This document shows, piece by piece, positions 1 to 11,500 of a stretch of DNA of 64,000 nucleotides. The notes beneath the pieces are model-generated. The model did no database searches. It was given only the letters and a program-made list of their open reading frames with translations, and was not told the origin of the DNA. Made by a program: the position numbers and the translations under genes. Origin of the DNA: Podarcis tiliguerta (taxonomy: Eukaryota); assembly GCA_965153285.1 (NCBI GenBank), contig OZ229110.1. The stretch is one strand, 5' to 3'. Position 1 is the first letter of the stretch. The number at the start of each line of letters is the position of its first letter.

Positions 1-1
1 G

Positions 2-165
2 GTAACACATACAATATCCCAATATGTCTGTGGCTGTTGGATACATATCCATACAATCCACCAATCTGTTTTGTTAAGCCAACTAGTTCAATGACAATTA
101 AAACTGGGAAGCACGTGGATGCAAATGGCAAGATATACCTTCCATATCTACATGAATGGAAACAT
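2..165 (+). CDS. TSG101: TSG101 coding exon 4 (UEV domain); upstream exons lie outside the window
   Basis: Translates (G)[54 protein letters not shown]; gtaagt donor at 166; 164 nt. Confidence 0.97.
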
Positions 166-628
166 GTAAGTACAATTATAAAATTCTTAACCATTAGCCC
201 TAAATTACTTCACCATTTAAGTAGCAGTTTTGTTTAATGTTCTGCTTTCTCCTTTGGTCATTTGTTAGAGCAGAAAGACGTGACATTGGGAAACTGGGGT
301 CTCTGTTGGGTAAAACCTTAGCACTCTTACACAGTACTAATTGTGTTACTGCTTTTGTCATATTTGATCTCCATTCATGATACCTGCATGTCTAATTGCT
401 GCCGATAATTAATATGGGCTTAGGGTTCATCAGTACTTTCTCAGTGACATGCTACACTTTATTTTTTATCAGTTAGTGATTGAACCTGAATTGGAACATA
501 CTTGGCCAAAACCTACAAATAGAGTAACCAAATGACCACCTATAACTGACAAGGTGATGGATGCATTGTCATTATTAATCTTTGTGGGATTAAAAAAGCA
601 AAGAGATTTTTATGTGCTTTCCCCTTAG

Positions 629-755
629 CCACAATCAGATTTGATTGGCTTGATTCAAGTGATGATTGTGGTGTTTGGAGAAGAACCTCCAGTCTTCTCT
701 CGGCCTACCATTTCAGCAGCCTACCCACCTTACCAGGCAACAGGACCACCAAACT
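629..755 (+). CDS. TSG101: TSG101 coding exon 5 (end of UEV, start of proline-rich region)
   Basis: ccccttag acceptor; PQSDLIGLIQVMIVVFGEEPPVFSRPTISAAYPPYQATGPPN; gtaagt donor. Confidence 0.97.
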
Positions 756-3210
756 GTAAGTACCTTGTACCCCATATACTTGCAAATTGCAATGAAAACA
801 AGTAGAATAATGGCAGGGTGTGTTGTTGAAAGGATCTAGTTATTGTAGTATCAGTTTCTAAATATGTAATTATGTTGTTGGTTAAAATATAAAGTATCCC
901 TGCTGCCAATTGCCCAGTCCAGAGCACAAGTTGTATAGCCAATATTCATTCTTTATAATCTTTTTCAGCTACCAGCAGCTCAGAGTTTGGTTTATTTAAA
1001 TGCAGAAAATTAGGCTAGATATTTTGAGCATGCTGTCTAATAACTGTTTTGATTATAAATAAATTTCCATGAAAGATGTTCAGTTTTTTAGCACCCACAC
1101 TACAAACTCAACAACGTTGCTACAATTCATTTGATCCTTGATCTATTTTCAAACATTATTTATGCTAATATTTTGCCATTATCAGTACCTTTATCTTCAT
1201 ATGTCATTGTTTTTGAAACTTATTAATTTTATAATGCTAGCAGAGTTATATTGGCATCCTTTATATTAATTTTCTTTTAATTGCAAATCAAATTAAAAAC
1301 TCACTTTGGTATCTAATTTTTGGGTATCTAATAATGGCACTTTTATGTTCCATTGCTCTCAACTTCTGAGAAAAAGATGTTCCTATAACTGTTAATTATT
1401 TTGCAAGAATTTACTGTGCTATTTTATAAGATGTGTAGGGCATTTATTTGAAATGTATACTTATACCAGTTTGAAAACAGGGATTATTGTAGGAAAATTC
1501 ATTTTATAGAACAAAAACCTGTCATTGTTAGATGTACCAATGCTGAGCACTCAAGGAAAGTTAAATTTCCTTTCTCTTCTGCCATTTTAGCATTGCAAAA
1601 AGCTTTCTTTCTTTTTACCACCAGAGAATATCATCTCTGCCAGTAGGTGTCAGCCAAATATAGAATAGCCAGGAGTTTAACTTCAGAACTAGTAAAGCTA
1701 TATAGTGCCAGCTTGAAAGTAACACTAATGCTTTGACACCATCACTTTAAAAATCATAGGTAGCTGTCCTTGTCTTCAGTGGGGGTGGGGGTGTGCAAAA
1801 CCACAGTTGGGAAATAGCTTCATTAGGACCCTTGGAAATGTAATATTAATGGTGAGCAAGTTTTCAGGTTCTCCAGAACTCTTCATTGCACTGCATGTAG
1901 AGTTGGTGGAGTGAGAGATATAACATAATGGAGAAAGCCCCAAAGTGCAGTCTCAATTGTCTTAAATTGGAGTGTGGGATGTGTTACTTATACTTAATGA
2001 ATGCAAGGCACACATCACATCTAATTCATTGATTTCTCCCTCGTGTCCCATCTTGGACCACTCCACAAACTCCCTCAAATTTCAGGTGATTTTTGGAAGG
2101 GGCGTAGTGAGCTGCAGTGGGGAGGAGGGGGAAAGTGGGCCTTTTCCCTCACAATTCTGGAACCAACTCTATAGATCCAGCTCTTAGTATGAACATCTTA
2201 ATCTTTATTATTAGATTAATTGCTCCATTTTAATAATGGCTTGTTTGTAAGGACTCCCTGGTTATATAGGACTGGATTCAATTAAAGTACTAAACAATTG
2301 TACTAGCAGGAGCCAGTGGAAGGGCTCACAGTAGCACGGCGGGGTCTCCCCACACTATCTGCTTTGGGAGGAAAAAACCCCAGACTGCAGGAGGAGGAGA
2401 AGGGAGATTGTTCTGTCAAGCAAGCAAAAACACTTGCACCAAGGGAAAAATTGAAATAATGTGATGTTGAACTCCACCTATGGATTTGAATATGTGTAAG
2501 GAAAAAAATGGGATAAATGAACACTCTGAATTGGCTTATGCAGCAAGAGTAAAGTAACTGAAATGCATAATAAGTGCAAGCACAACAGGGAAGACTAGGA
2601 AGAGAAATGGTTTCCTGGGCTGCTGTTTGCGTATTCTGAAGGTGGGGCAGGGGTCAAGAAGACTTCTTTTTTTTCTTTTCTTTCCTTTTGCATTTGCTCC
2701 ATGTGGGCTATTAAAAAATTACTTTTACAACTGTAGAAATTACAAGTGGGCTGCATCAATAGTTGTCATTCTATTAATAGAACAGCTGCTTCTGTTCCAA
2801 AAAGGGACTGAGGTTCAGTGGAGACTTGGGGAAGTGATTATTGCCTCTTGTCTCAGCACCAACTTCCATGGTCTTCCATAGAATACCCCTCTCCCCCTGT
2901 CCTCCAGAACAACTTTCAGGGGTCAGAAATAGCAGGAAGAAATAGGTAACCATTGCATCTTCCTTTCCTCCCAGAAGGTTTCTGCTCACAGGAAGTCTGG
3001 ATCTAACCTAGTGCAATGTATTCAACTAAGTTCTACTCAACCCATTGAAAGAAATAGACCTAAGTTCATTGTTTCCATTCATTTGGTGGATCTACCTTGA
3101 GTAGAGGCAACCCAATTAATTTTTAACTACTTATTTGTAAAGATAATTTTATATAATTGAACAACACTATCCTAAATTGTTAAAATGTTTGAAATTGTTG
3201 TTGTGCACAG

Positions 3211-3277
3211 CTTCCTATATGCCAGGAATGCCAAGTGGAATGCCTCATTTCCCTCCTGGACCACCACCTAACCCAAG
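3211..3277 (+). CDS. TSG101: TSG101 coding exon 6 (proline-rich region)
   Basis: cacag acceptor; SSYMPGMPSGMPHFPPGPPPNP; gtaagc donor; 67 nt keeps frame. Confidence 0.95.
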
Positions 3278-5396
3278 GTAAGCTATAGTTTGCTGAATCT
3301 GCCGATCCAATAGACTACACTGTCAATATTGGACAATGTGATGTTGTGCCCATTTCTGAAATTGAGAGTGATGGACTTTAAAAGCATTAGATTTGTATTC
3401 CATTCATCTTGAGTTCAGTTTTGTCTGGGTGTTGAGTCAGGGTCTTTTATATGTTGTTCTTTAAATACAGTCATCAAAAAGCCTGGTTGCATTTAAGGCC
3501 CCTTCATTTGAGTAAAGCAATGATTAAGTGTATAGTGAGCAAAATTGGTGTCATTGTAAACCTATACTTCTAAAATGACTCACGTTCTTGCCTCTTTATA
3601 AAACTTTTCAGCTTGCTTCCTGCATTCTTAACATTATTTGGCTGCATCCTCTCCTGATGAGAGGCCTTTTATATATAAAAAACCTAGGCTTCCCATGTCC
3701 ATGTTCAAAGAACACATGTAGGGGGGTGCACAGCTATGCATTTTTTTTCTGTCTCTGATGTCTCTGTTCCCTCCAGCTCCTCCCCCAGACCTTTGTGCCC
3801 TTGGCAGAAGATCTGTTGGGAGAATGTGTGTAAGTTCAGCTTAATGCACACAGGCTCCTCCACAAAATTTACATCCACAGAACTCCTAGTTACATGGAGG
3901 AGCCTGTGTAGCTTTTGCTGAATGTGTGTAAGTTTCCCCTTCAGACTTTCTGCCCAATACGTATAAGTCTGAGGGTGAAGCCAGCAATAGACAGTGTGGG
4001 CAGTGGTGGTGGAGCAACTCCAAAACAGACCCAGGATTAGAACCCAACGTACTGGAGCAACTGCTGCACGTGTTCTGGCAAGGCCCCATTGGAGCTGATG
4101 CCAGTCTTGCTATCACCCCCATTGACACCTTGCCTGGCATTTCCGCCGCCATTGGGGTCTCTGTCCAATGCTGTTACCACCACCAATCACTACCCTCCAC
4201 CAGCAGGTGCCATTTTCATATGGGAGCCAAGCTACCACTCAAACTCCAGTCCGTGGTGGGTGGCCACTATCTCAGGACCCCCAAAATGCAGTGCTCACAA
4301 ACGGGCATTGCATTTGGGGTCTCTGAGATGGCAGCCATCTGCTGCTGAAGATCAGAGCTGAGTAGTAGCCTGTTTTCCATCAAAAACACCGCTGCCATCT
4401 GCTGGATAAGCACAACCAGAGGGAGTGAGAAATGACTGGTGGCAGCAGAATTGGTGGGCAGAGTGCCCAAGGGAAGACACATTCTTGGGCAGGGGAACTG
4501 AGAGAGGCCCAGTCTGAGAGTCTACTAAAATCTAACACCAACCTCGATACAATACACTGCTACCTTATGCACATGTTCTTTCAATGTATGGAGACAGAAG
4601 AGGGCTGAGGACTGCTTTGTTTCTACACATCGGCTCATTTTCTCCCTTTAGTTGTTGGCTAGTGTTAGTACAATGAATTAAACAGTAAGGCTTGTTCACA
4701 ATAGACACAGTTCTGAGTGTAGAAATCCCACACATGTACTGTATTGTATCTCCCTTTTTCATATCCTGTGGTATTATTGTCTCTAGTTTCCTACTATTGA
4801 TGGCTTATTAGTTCTGCCATCACTATATGGATTATATAACTTATTCTGAAAATGGAGTGCATGGCACCAACTGACTGGAAATAGAGGGCGCTAACTTTTG
4901 AGGAAAGTAACGTAGCATGCAGAAACTCTAAAATGTGTACATGCTCTGGCAGTTGCAGAAGCCTGCTCAATCTCCCCTCTGTAAATGAAACCACCAAGGC
5001 AACATAGACCTTTTCAAATGAAAATAATGCAACAAAGTACAAACCTGTTAACTGCTAACATAGAATGAACCATGAATAATTAGACTGAGTGCCTCTACCT
5101 ATCTTCAGCTTTAATCCACAAATGTGAAGAAACTTTGATCAGGGAACTTGAAATTTATTTATACATATTTGAATAACATTGATTAAAACATTGATACCTC
5201 TGAAACCTATGGATGACAACAAATTTCTCATGGGCTTGAATATTACTCTGACTGTTTATATCTGCATCAGTGGCTCTTTTTAAAATTCTGTTTGTCTATT
5301 ATAAATTGTTTAAATATAATAAAAAAATTGCTTATGAATGGAAATATTAACTAAAGAATGCATAACACTGTGTCTTTCTCCCCCTCCCCTTTCAAG

Positions 5397-5494
5397 TGGT
5401 TACCCAAGCTATCCTTACCCTCCCCCTAGCGGATCATTTCCACCAACAACTAGCACACAACACTACCCTTCTCAGCCTCCTGTAACTACTGTGG
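5397..5494 (+). CDS. TSG101: TSG101 coding exon 7 (proline-rich region), ends in phase 1
   Basis: Pyrimidine tract plus ttcaag acceptor; SGYPSYPYPPPSGSFPPTTSTQHYPSQPPVTTV+G; gtgagt donor. Confidence 0.95.
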
Positions 5495-6999
5495 GTGAGT
5501 AGCTTTGAAAGTGTCTTTTTCCAAATGTAATGAGATTGCTCATTCTAAATATGCAGCATAAAGCAAATCCAAATACACCTATTTCTGAGATGGGCATTAA
5601 GTGCCTCGTGGCAAAAACATCAGTTACATTACACTTTAACCATGCTGGATGTTCATTTTTCTCTCCATTGTTTGATTTATGGAACAATCATTAACTGTTT
5701 TCACTGTTCAACAAACTTCATTTTTATTGAACTGTTTTATGTAATGAAGTTCACATGTGTTTGAAAATATTATGTTTGCAGGTCCAAGATAAATTAAAGC
5801 CCAAGGGCTTCTTCTTTTTTAAGCATACATATTTATTATGTTCTTATTAACTGGGGGAATGATCTTGTAGTTATGAACTTTTCAATGATGAGAAAGGGGT
5901 GGGTTTCATTTGATCACACCAACCACTGAATGTACCAGGAACTTGAACAGCAGCATCATTTGGACACAAGAATGAAGAGGCATGTAGCCAGTGTGGAGTA
6001 ACTGCAGTCCAAGAGGCAGTACTACAGCCTATTTACAAGCCTTTTGCTATGTCAGCCAAGGATGAAGAACAGTACCTAAGGATGATATGAACTGAAGAAA
6101 CCTTGATTGCTGTCGGGTCAGTAGCACTGAAATACAGTTGAGTTCCGTGCTTAACTGGAAGTGAACCAAGCTATCCTTGACTCCATCGTGTTTTCCAGTA
6201 CACTCCCAAACTGTTATTTCCCCCCCACTCTTTTTGTGTGTGATGCAAGTGTTCATGAAGTAGCCCAGCTACCATCACCAGATCTTCATCTTGTGAAGTT
6301 TGTTGATCTGTAAGCTAAAGGTGCCATTCAACAGCTTTCTTCTGTTTCACATTCAGTGTAATTCTTGGGTGCTGAAATGCTTGCTCACCTGTGTTACTAC
6401 TTAGCCCAGAACTACCAGATCTGTTCAGGAAAGAAGTCTTAAGAATCTGAAAGTAGTGTTGCCTCTAGTGATAAGCAAAAACTTGAAACCCTCAAAAGAA
6501 TATAATTTAGAAAGCACATTATTATTTAGCACAAAGACTGCAAGATCCCTGGCCACATCATCATCCACTATTTTCTTGTCCAACGTCACATAGAATATAT
6601 TTGAACTCCAAAAATTATCATCACTTTTGTTGAGCTATTACTATTATCGTTATTGTTATTTTATAGGTCTATGGACTGCTTCAGAGCCCTATGCTATTGA
6701 AGCTATGTACAATAAGATCAAATACAAAAGATGCAAACTCTAAAAACAATAAAACCATTTTTACAATTATAAAATTGACTGGATTCCATGTCGGGAAAAG
6801 ACTTCATGAACAAAAACAAGTTGAAAATTGAAAGGAGAATGTAAAAATGATAATTTTCTATAGTTTAATACTGGAGGTCTACATTGTTTAGAAGAGATCA
6901 AATTACTATTCTTTCAGGGCAGTAATAGAAAATCTATCCCTAGTGCAACCTTTCTAGCATTTTGTTCAGAAAATGAATTTTTAGAAATGGAGGTGTAAT

Positions 7000-7520
7000 G
7001 TGGCAACAAAAATTAATCCTGTCAGGCAAAGTGTGGAAATGGTTACATAAATTTCTACATAAGATTTAATAGAGAAGTATAACTCTGCTCCCTGGGCTTT
7101 TTTAACAGTCGAAGCTTTCTCTTCTGCTTGAAAGGTATGGACTTCTGCTCCTGACCTTTTGTTAATTTTGGAAAAAAATCTGGAAGAACTTCATTCTGAG
7201 TAGAGCACATCTATCAAACCTATATACTTTATCAAGAATAAATGGATTGTTAGCAACTTTATTTAGAAAAGATATTTTCAGTTGCTCTTGTAAGATTGAT
7301 CAAAAGGGTACATGAGCATGCATTCCTTTCCATTGATCTTATAACTTGAATACAGGCATTTTTACCTGTAAACTTTACACACCAATCTTCAAATAAAGAG
7401 TTGACTTTATGGATTATTATGCCATGTATTTTAAGATAGAGGTGTCTCATGTTTTGATTTTTACATGGAATAATTCAGACAACACTGAATAAAGTTTTCA
7501 GGAGGTGCTTGGGCCACAAA
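7000..7520 (+). pseudogene. Heavily decayed tyrosine-recombinase (YR) remnant of a Ngaro/DIRS-type retrotransposon
   Basis: Motif ghosts read by eye, in the expected order: CKIDQKGT* at 7289-7315 (cf. SKTDQxGxG), H+1nt+YFKIEVS at 7423-7447 (cf. HSFRIGAA), FRRCL at 7497-7511 (cf. FRxYxRP); stops and frameshifts; lies directly upstream of the SGNH ORF as in Ngaro elements; boundaries approximate. Confidence 0.55.
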
Positions 7521-7561
7521 ATTTATGAAGCATTAATGTATGTTTGTTCTCTTAATAGCAG

Positions 7562-8139
7562 ATGGCAGAAGAAAGCAGAAACAGGTATGGATATGTGGTC
7601 ATTCTTACGTTTTCTGGGCAGAAAAAAGAGCACTTGAAAGAAGCTTTGGCCCACAGTTGGGCATTCGACTGGAGGATGCCAAACTACATTGGCTAGGAAA
7701 GAGTGGCATGACGTGGGATCAGTTGATACCCAGCCTATTGCGCACACGGCGGCGTCTAACAGATCCTGATATATTGGTGGTCCATCTAGGAGGAAATGAC
7801 CTTGGGACATACGCAGATTATGATCTCATAAGACAAATGAAGAAAGATATAATACATATTAAGATAACATTCAAGAACAGCATCCTTGTCTGGTCTAACA
7901 TTGTACCCCGCAAATCATGGAGCCAAGATATGTCCCATGAATTTATGGAGAAAAGCAGGAAGAGAGTAAATCGGGAAATCGACAGTTTTATGGAACGTAT
8001 TGGAGGGATTATAATCAAACATGATTCACTTGTCCCAGAGTCTCCAGGATTGTTCCATCTAGATGGTGTTCTCTTGTCTGAAAGTGGCACAGATGTCTTC
8101 AACCTGGATTTATTAAGTGTTTTGGAGACTTTGATCTAA
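7562..8139 (+). CDS. SGNH/GDSL hydrolase-like domain of Ngaro/DIRS retrotransposon origin; putative alternative terminal exon of TSG101 (ORF track 7540..8139)
   Basis: Motifs VWICGHS (block I), WLGKSG (II), VVHLGGNDL (III), DGVLLS (V, normally DGVHLS); no stop for 192 codons; acceptor cattaat...tgtttgttctcttaatagcag in phase with TSG101 exon 7. Confidence 0.85.
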
Positions 8140-8558
8140 CTTTTTCTTTGGAGAAGGAATAATAGATTTCAGTTTAAGCAAGTATGGAAGGTCTCTACAG
8201 ACAGAGATTATTAGAAGGTTGTGAACGGTGGTAATTTGAATTTTCAGGCAGTGGAATTGCACTGTTAATATGGTGGTTGGTATTAATTTAGTAATGTAAT
8301 TGCTAGTGGCATTTTTCTGCAACCACTGCAGTAAGATATTTGCCGATATATTTAACTGTTTTTTTTAATTCTGTTTACTTCCCCACCCCACTGAATTCAG
8401 TTTGCTTCTACAGTGTGCTTAGAGACACTGCCAAGCAGTTTAGTTTCCCTGATTGATATTCCCATCCGAAAAATGCTCAGTGAATAGCACGAGGTGATAG
8501 CTACCTAAAATATGGGTGCAGTAATAGCTTACAAAGCTATTTTATGTGGGTAGATCAG

Positions 8559-8564
8559 AATAAA
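8559..8564 (+). terminator. Candidate poly(A) signal for the SGNH exon (second AATAAA at 8736-8741)
   Basis: AATAAA about 420 nt after the SGNH stop codon; the region is AT-rich so chance occurrence is possible. Confidence 0.4.
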
Positions 8565-11500
8565 ACATAAAAAATATGTAACCTTGGAAAAGGCGAGTCT
8601 GACTAGAGCAGGAAAACAAACTGAAGCATTAGGGCTTCATTATACATGGACTCACATGTTACTCTAGTTATATGTTAATCACTTATGCTTCATGAGTGTT
8701 TATTAACATATGGCAGGCTCAGAGGTAAAATTCTTAATAAACCATAGTTCATTAAGCAAGAATAAGCATCAAGCTTATTCCCGCCTCCCCATGTGTGCCA
8801 GGTTCAGCCCAAGCTGCTTTTAAGTCACACTTTCCTCTGAAATGGGGAATTGAGCTTTAATACAAGCTTGCTAATCAGATTTCAGATGCTGGGTAGTAAA
8901 TCAACATTAAACCAGTGCTCCCAATTTCAGACATAATGGGAAACTGAGTTAAAGAGCCTGGGCTCAAAGTACTAAAACCAGCATAAACACCAGATGCTTG
9001 CACCAGATGCTCCTTCATGGCTTATTCAACCAGGAATGTCACATCCAAAATCCTTTATAAGTTTTAGATGCTGAAAGTTTTAAATGTTACTCTGCAAGAC
9101 ATTCATTGCAAAAGATCATGACTGCCCAGAGCTATTATGGCACTTGTTAAAACTGTGTGAAGGTATATATTCTGGTTACCTTGAAGCTTGTTGAACTGTC
9201 TGACAGTGACTGTATGACAGTTTTGCCATGTTTTGCTTTGGCATTACTGTGTCACCTTTCCTGGAAAAAAGGCAGATCGCCTGCATCAGAATTTACTTTA
9301 AAAATATAATCTAATAGAATGACCATTTTTCACAATCACTGTTAGTACTTACTAGGAAACAAATTACAGGGAAGCATATGCTTTTTTATTTTAAAAGAAC
9401 CCTGCCGTGAACTTGAATATTCTTAAGGAGAGTTGGTTGTGAATGAAGCCACATGAGCCAATATCCTTCAGTGTTTCGGCAGCACATTTTATGTAAATTG
9501 CTTTTATGCTGTAATGTGCCTTTCACAAACAAGAGAGAGCTTAACTTCAGTGGCTTACTTCACCTTCCCAGCTTCTCTGAAATCAGGTCAATATCCAGAC
9601 GAATTCTGGATTCGTCGGTATTGTGGTTTTAAATGGTCAGTACTTCCAAATATGATATCAATCTTGTAGGTTGATGTTGGAAGCTAAAATTTAGCACAAA
9701 TGTGATTCTGGAATGCAAGGGCAACAGGAATAGAATGTAGCAGTTTAAGATGAATGCTTGGATTACATTTATATTTTTTTACATAACCTCTCTTTGCATG
9801 CCACTCTGGAAATTTCCCACTAGATTGGGGGAGAACTATATAGCCTTTGGGAGGGACAGGAGCAGAATTCTACATGTTTATAGTGCGGTCCAGCTCATTC
9901 CCTTAAGGACATGGCAGGCGCTTGCTGGTGCTTACAACTGACTATAGCCTTCATTTTGAATACTTGCTTGTAGTAGGGACGTTAAGTTCCAGTATGGATC
10001 TGGGCCTACCTTTTCTACCTTTTTGATGTTGGGCAATGCTGTTTGATCCATCTAATTTGTATAACTTGGAGATTTGTGTTCTAACAATAAAATACTAGTA
10101 TTTCTTTCTTAGTCCTTACATTCTTTGTTAGTGAACACTTAGTACTGAATGATGTGGTGTGTTTTTTATAAAGACGATTGAGGAAAGATGTTCTTTGGGT
10201 TGCTAATTGTACTTGTTGAAACACTTCTTGAGTCAGCCCACAGTCAAACATCCCAGAAATGGTGATACTTTCCTCAGCTATATTTAGGTTGTATAAAAAT
10301 AGTGTGTTTAAGTAAGCTACTACCACACATAATTTTATGAAAGCAAAACTTTCAAGAGCTGTTGCTACCAGTAATTGGTGACCATTATCTGCATGAGATA
10401 AAAGTAAAGCTTTGGATCCAGACTTTGTCTTACATAAGTTGAAAGGACTTCTCCTTGCACAAGGCAGCTTACTGATCTCCCCCTTCAACTGCATTTCCTC
10501 ACCACCCATCTCATACTGTTCTTGAGGTTCCGTCTACTCTCAAGGGTGGCTTTTGGGGAGAATGCAAGGGAAAGCTTTCAGGCAAAAACATGTTGCTTTT
10601 TGGATCCATGCTATTAATTTTGTTGGGACTGTTAAAATTCAGTTATCACTGCTGTTAAGTACTATATATAGTTTACTTATGGTTGGTATATAGTATTTCA
10701 AGTATGTTGCATGTTTATGAATGAGCAACAAATATTAAGTTTGCTTTTATATTTTCATGTTAGCTCACAGCGTCTCCCTTGCTCGCACATCTGTACGAAC
10801 AAGGTGGCCTTTCAGAAATCTTTCTTCTTGTTGGAATACTCCAGTTTCTTGGGGAACTGGAATATAGCAGTGAGCAGAGCAACATCTTCCACAGGGTCTC
10901 TTTGATTTGCAGACTTAATTAAGCTTTGGGGGGTAAGTAGCAGTTATATAATTAGAATGGAATCCCCTGAAAAGACTAGTAGAGATGGATATCAGGATTC
11001 ATTCTTCTAAGATTTCTTTCCATAAATGTATTAACTTTCAGGTGTTCAGAGTTCACTTATGTTATCCTGGAGCAGGATCCCAATGCACAAGTGAAGATCA
11101 CTTCCACTGGGCAAGAGGTGGAATTTCCTTCTGCTGGAAATTCCTTGCAGCTCATGGGGGGCATTATGGAGGGCTCTCCAACCTTGGATGTTGTGCCACT
11201 AGAAGCAGGGTCTGAGAAAGAAGAGACCATAGCTCAATGAGCAGATATTTTGTCTGCTGAAGATGTGTCAGGTTAAATTCCTGGCATTGCCTGGTAAAAG
11301 GTTCAGTGAAGATAGACCCCAGGCTGATATCAAGGTTCTTTCCTTTCAATTTTTATTCTCAGAGAATGGTTTTTTTGCTCAAGAATATAAGCTGCATATT
11401 AAGGGTTTATGGCGGTGTTAATCTTAAGGTACTTAATTTGTGGGGTGGGGGTGGAGGTTACTACCTTATCTGAAGAAATGTCTTACTTGAAGTTCAACTA

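Noticed and set aside
5779-5800. Acceptor-like ttgcag|GTCCAAGATAA resembling the start of exon 8 (would give GPR-stop)
   Set aside because: Weak pyrimidine tract and only a few matching bases; likely chance
7540-7561. ATG at 7540 as the start of a stand-alone nested SGNH gene
   Set aside because: The ATG lies between branch point and acceptor in poor Kozak context, with no visible promoter; splicing from TSG101 exon 7 explains the ORF better, though a stand-alone transcript is not excluded
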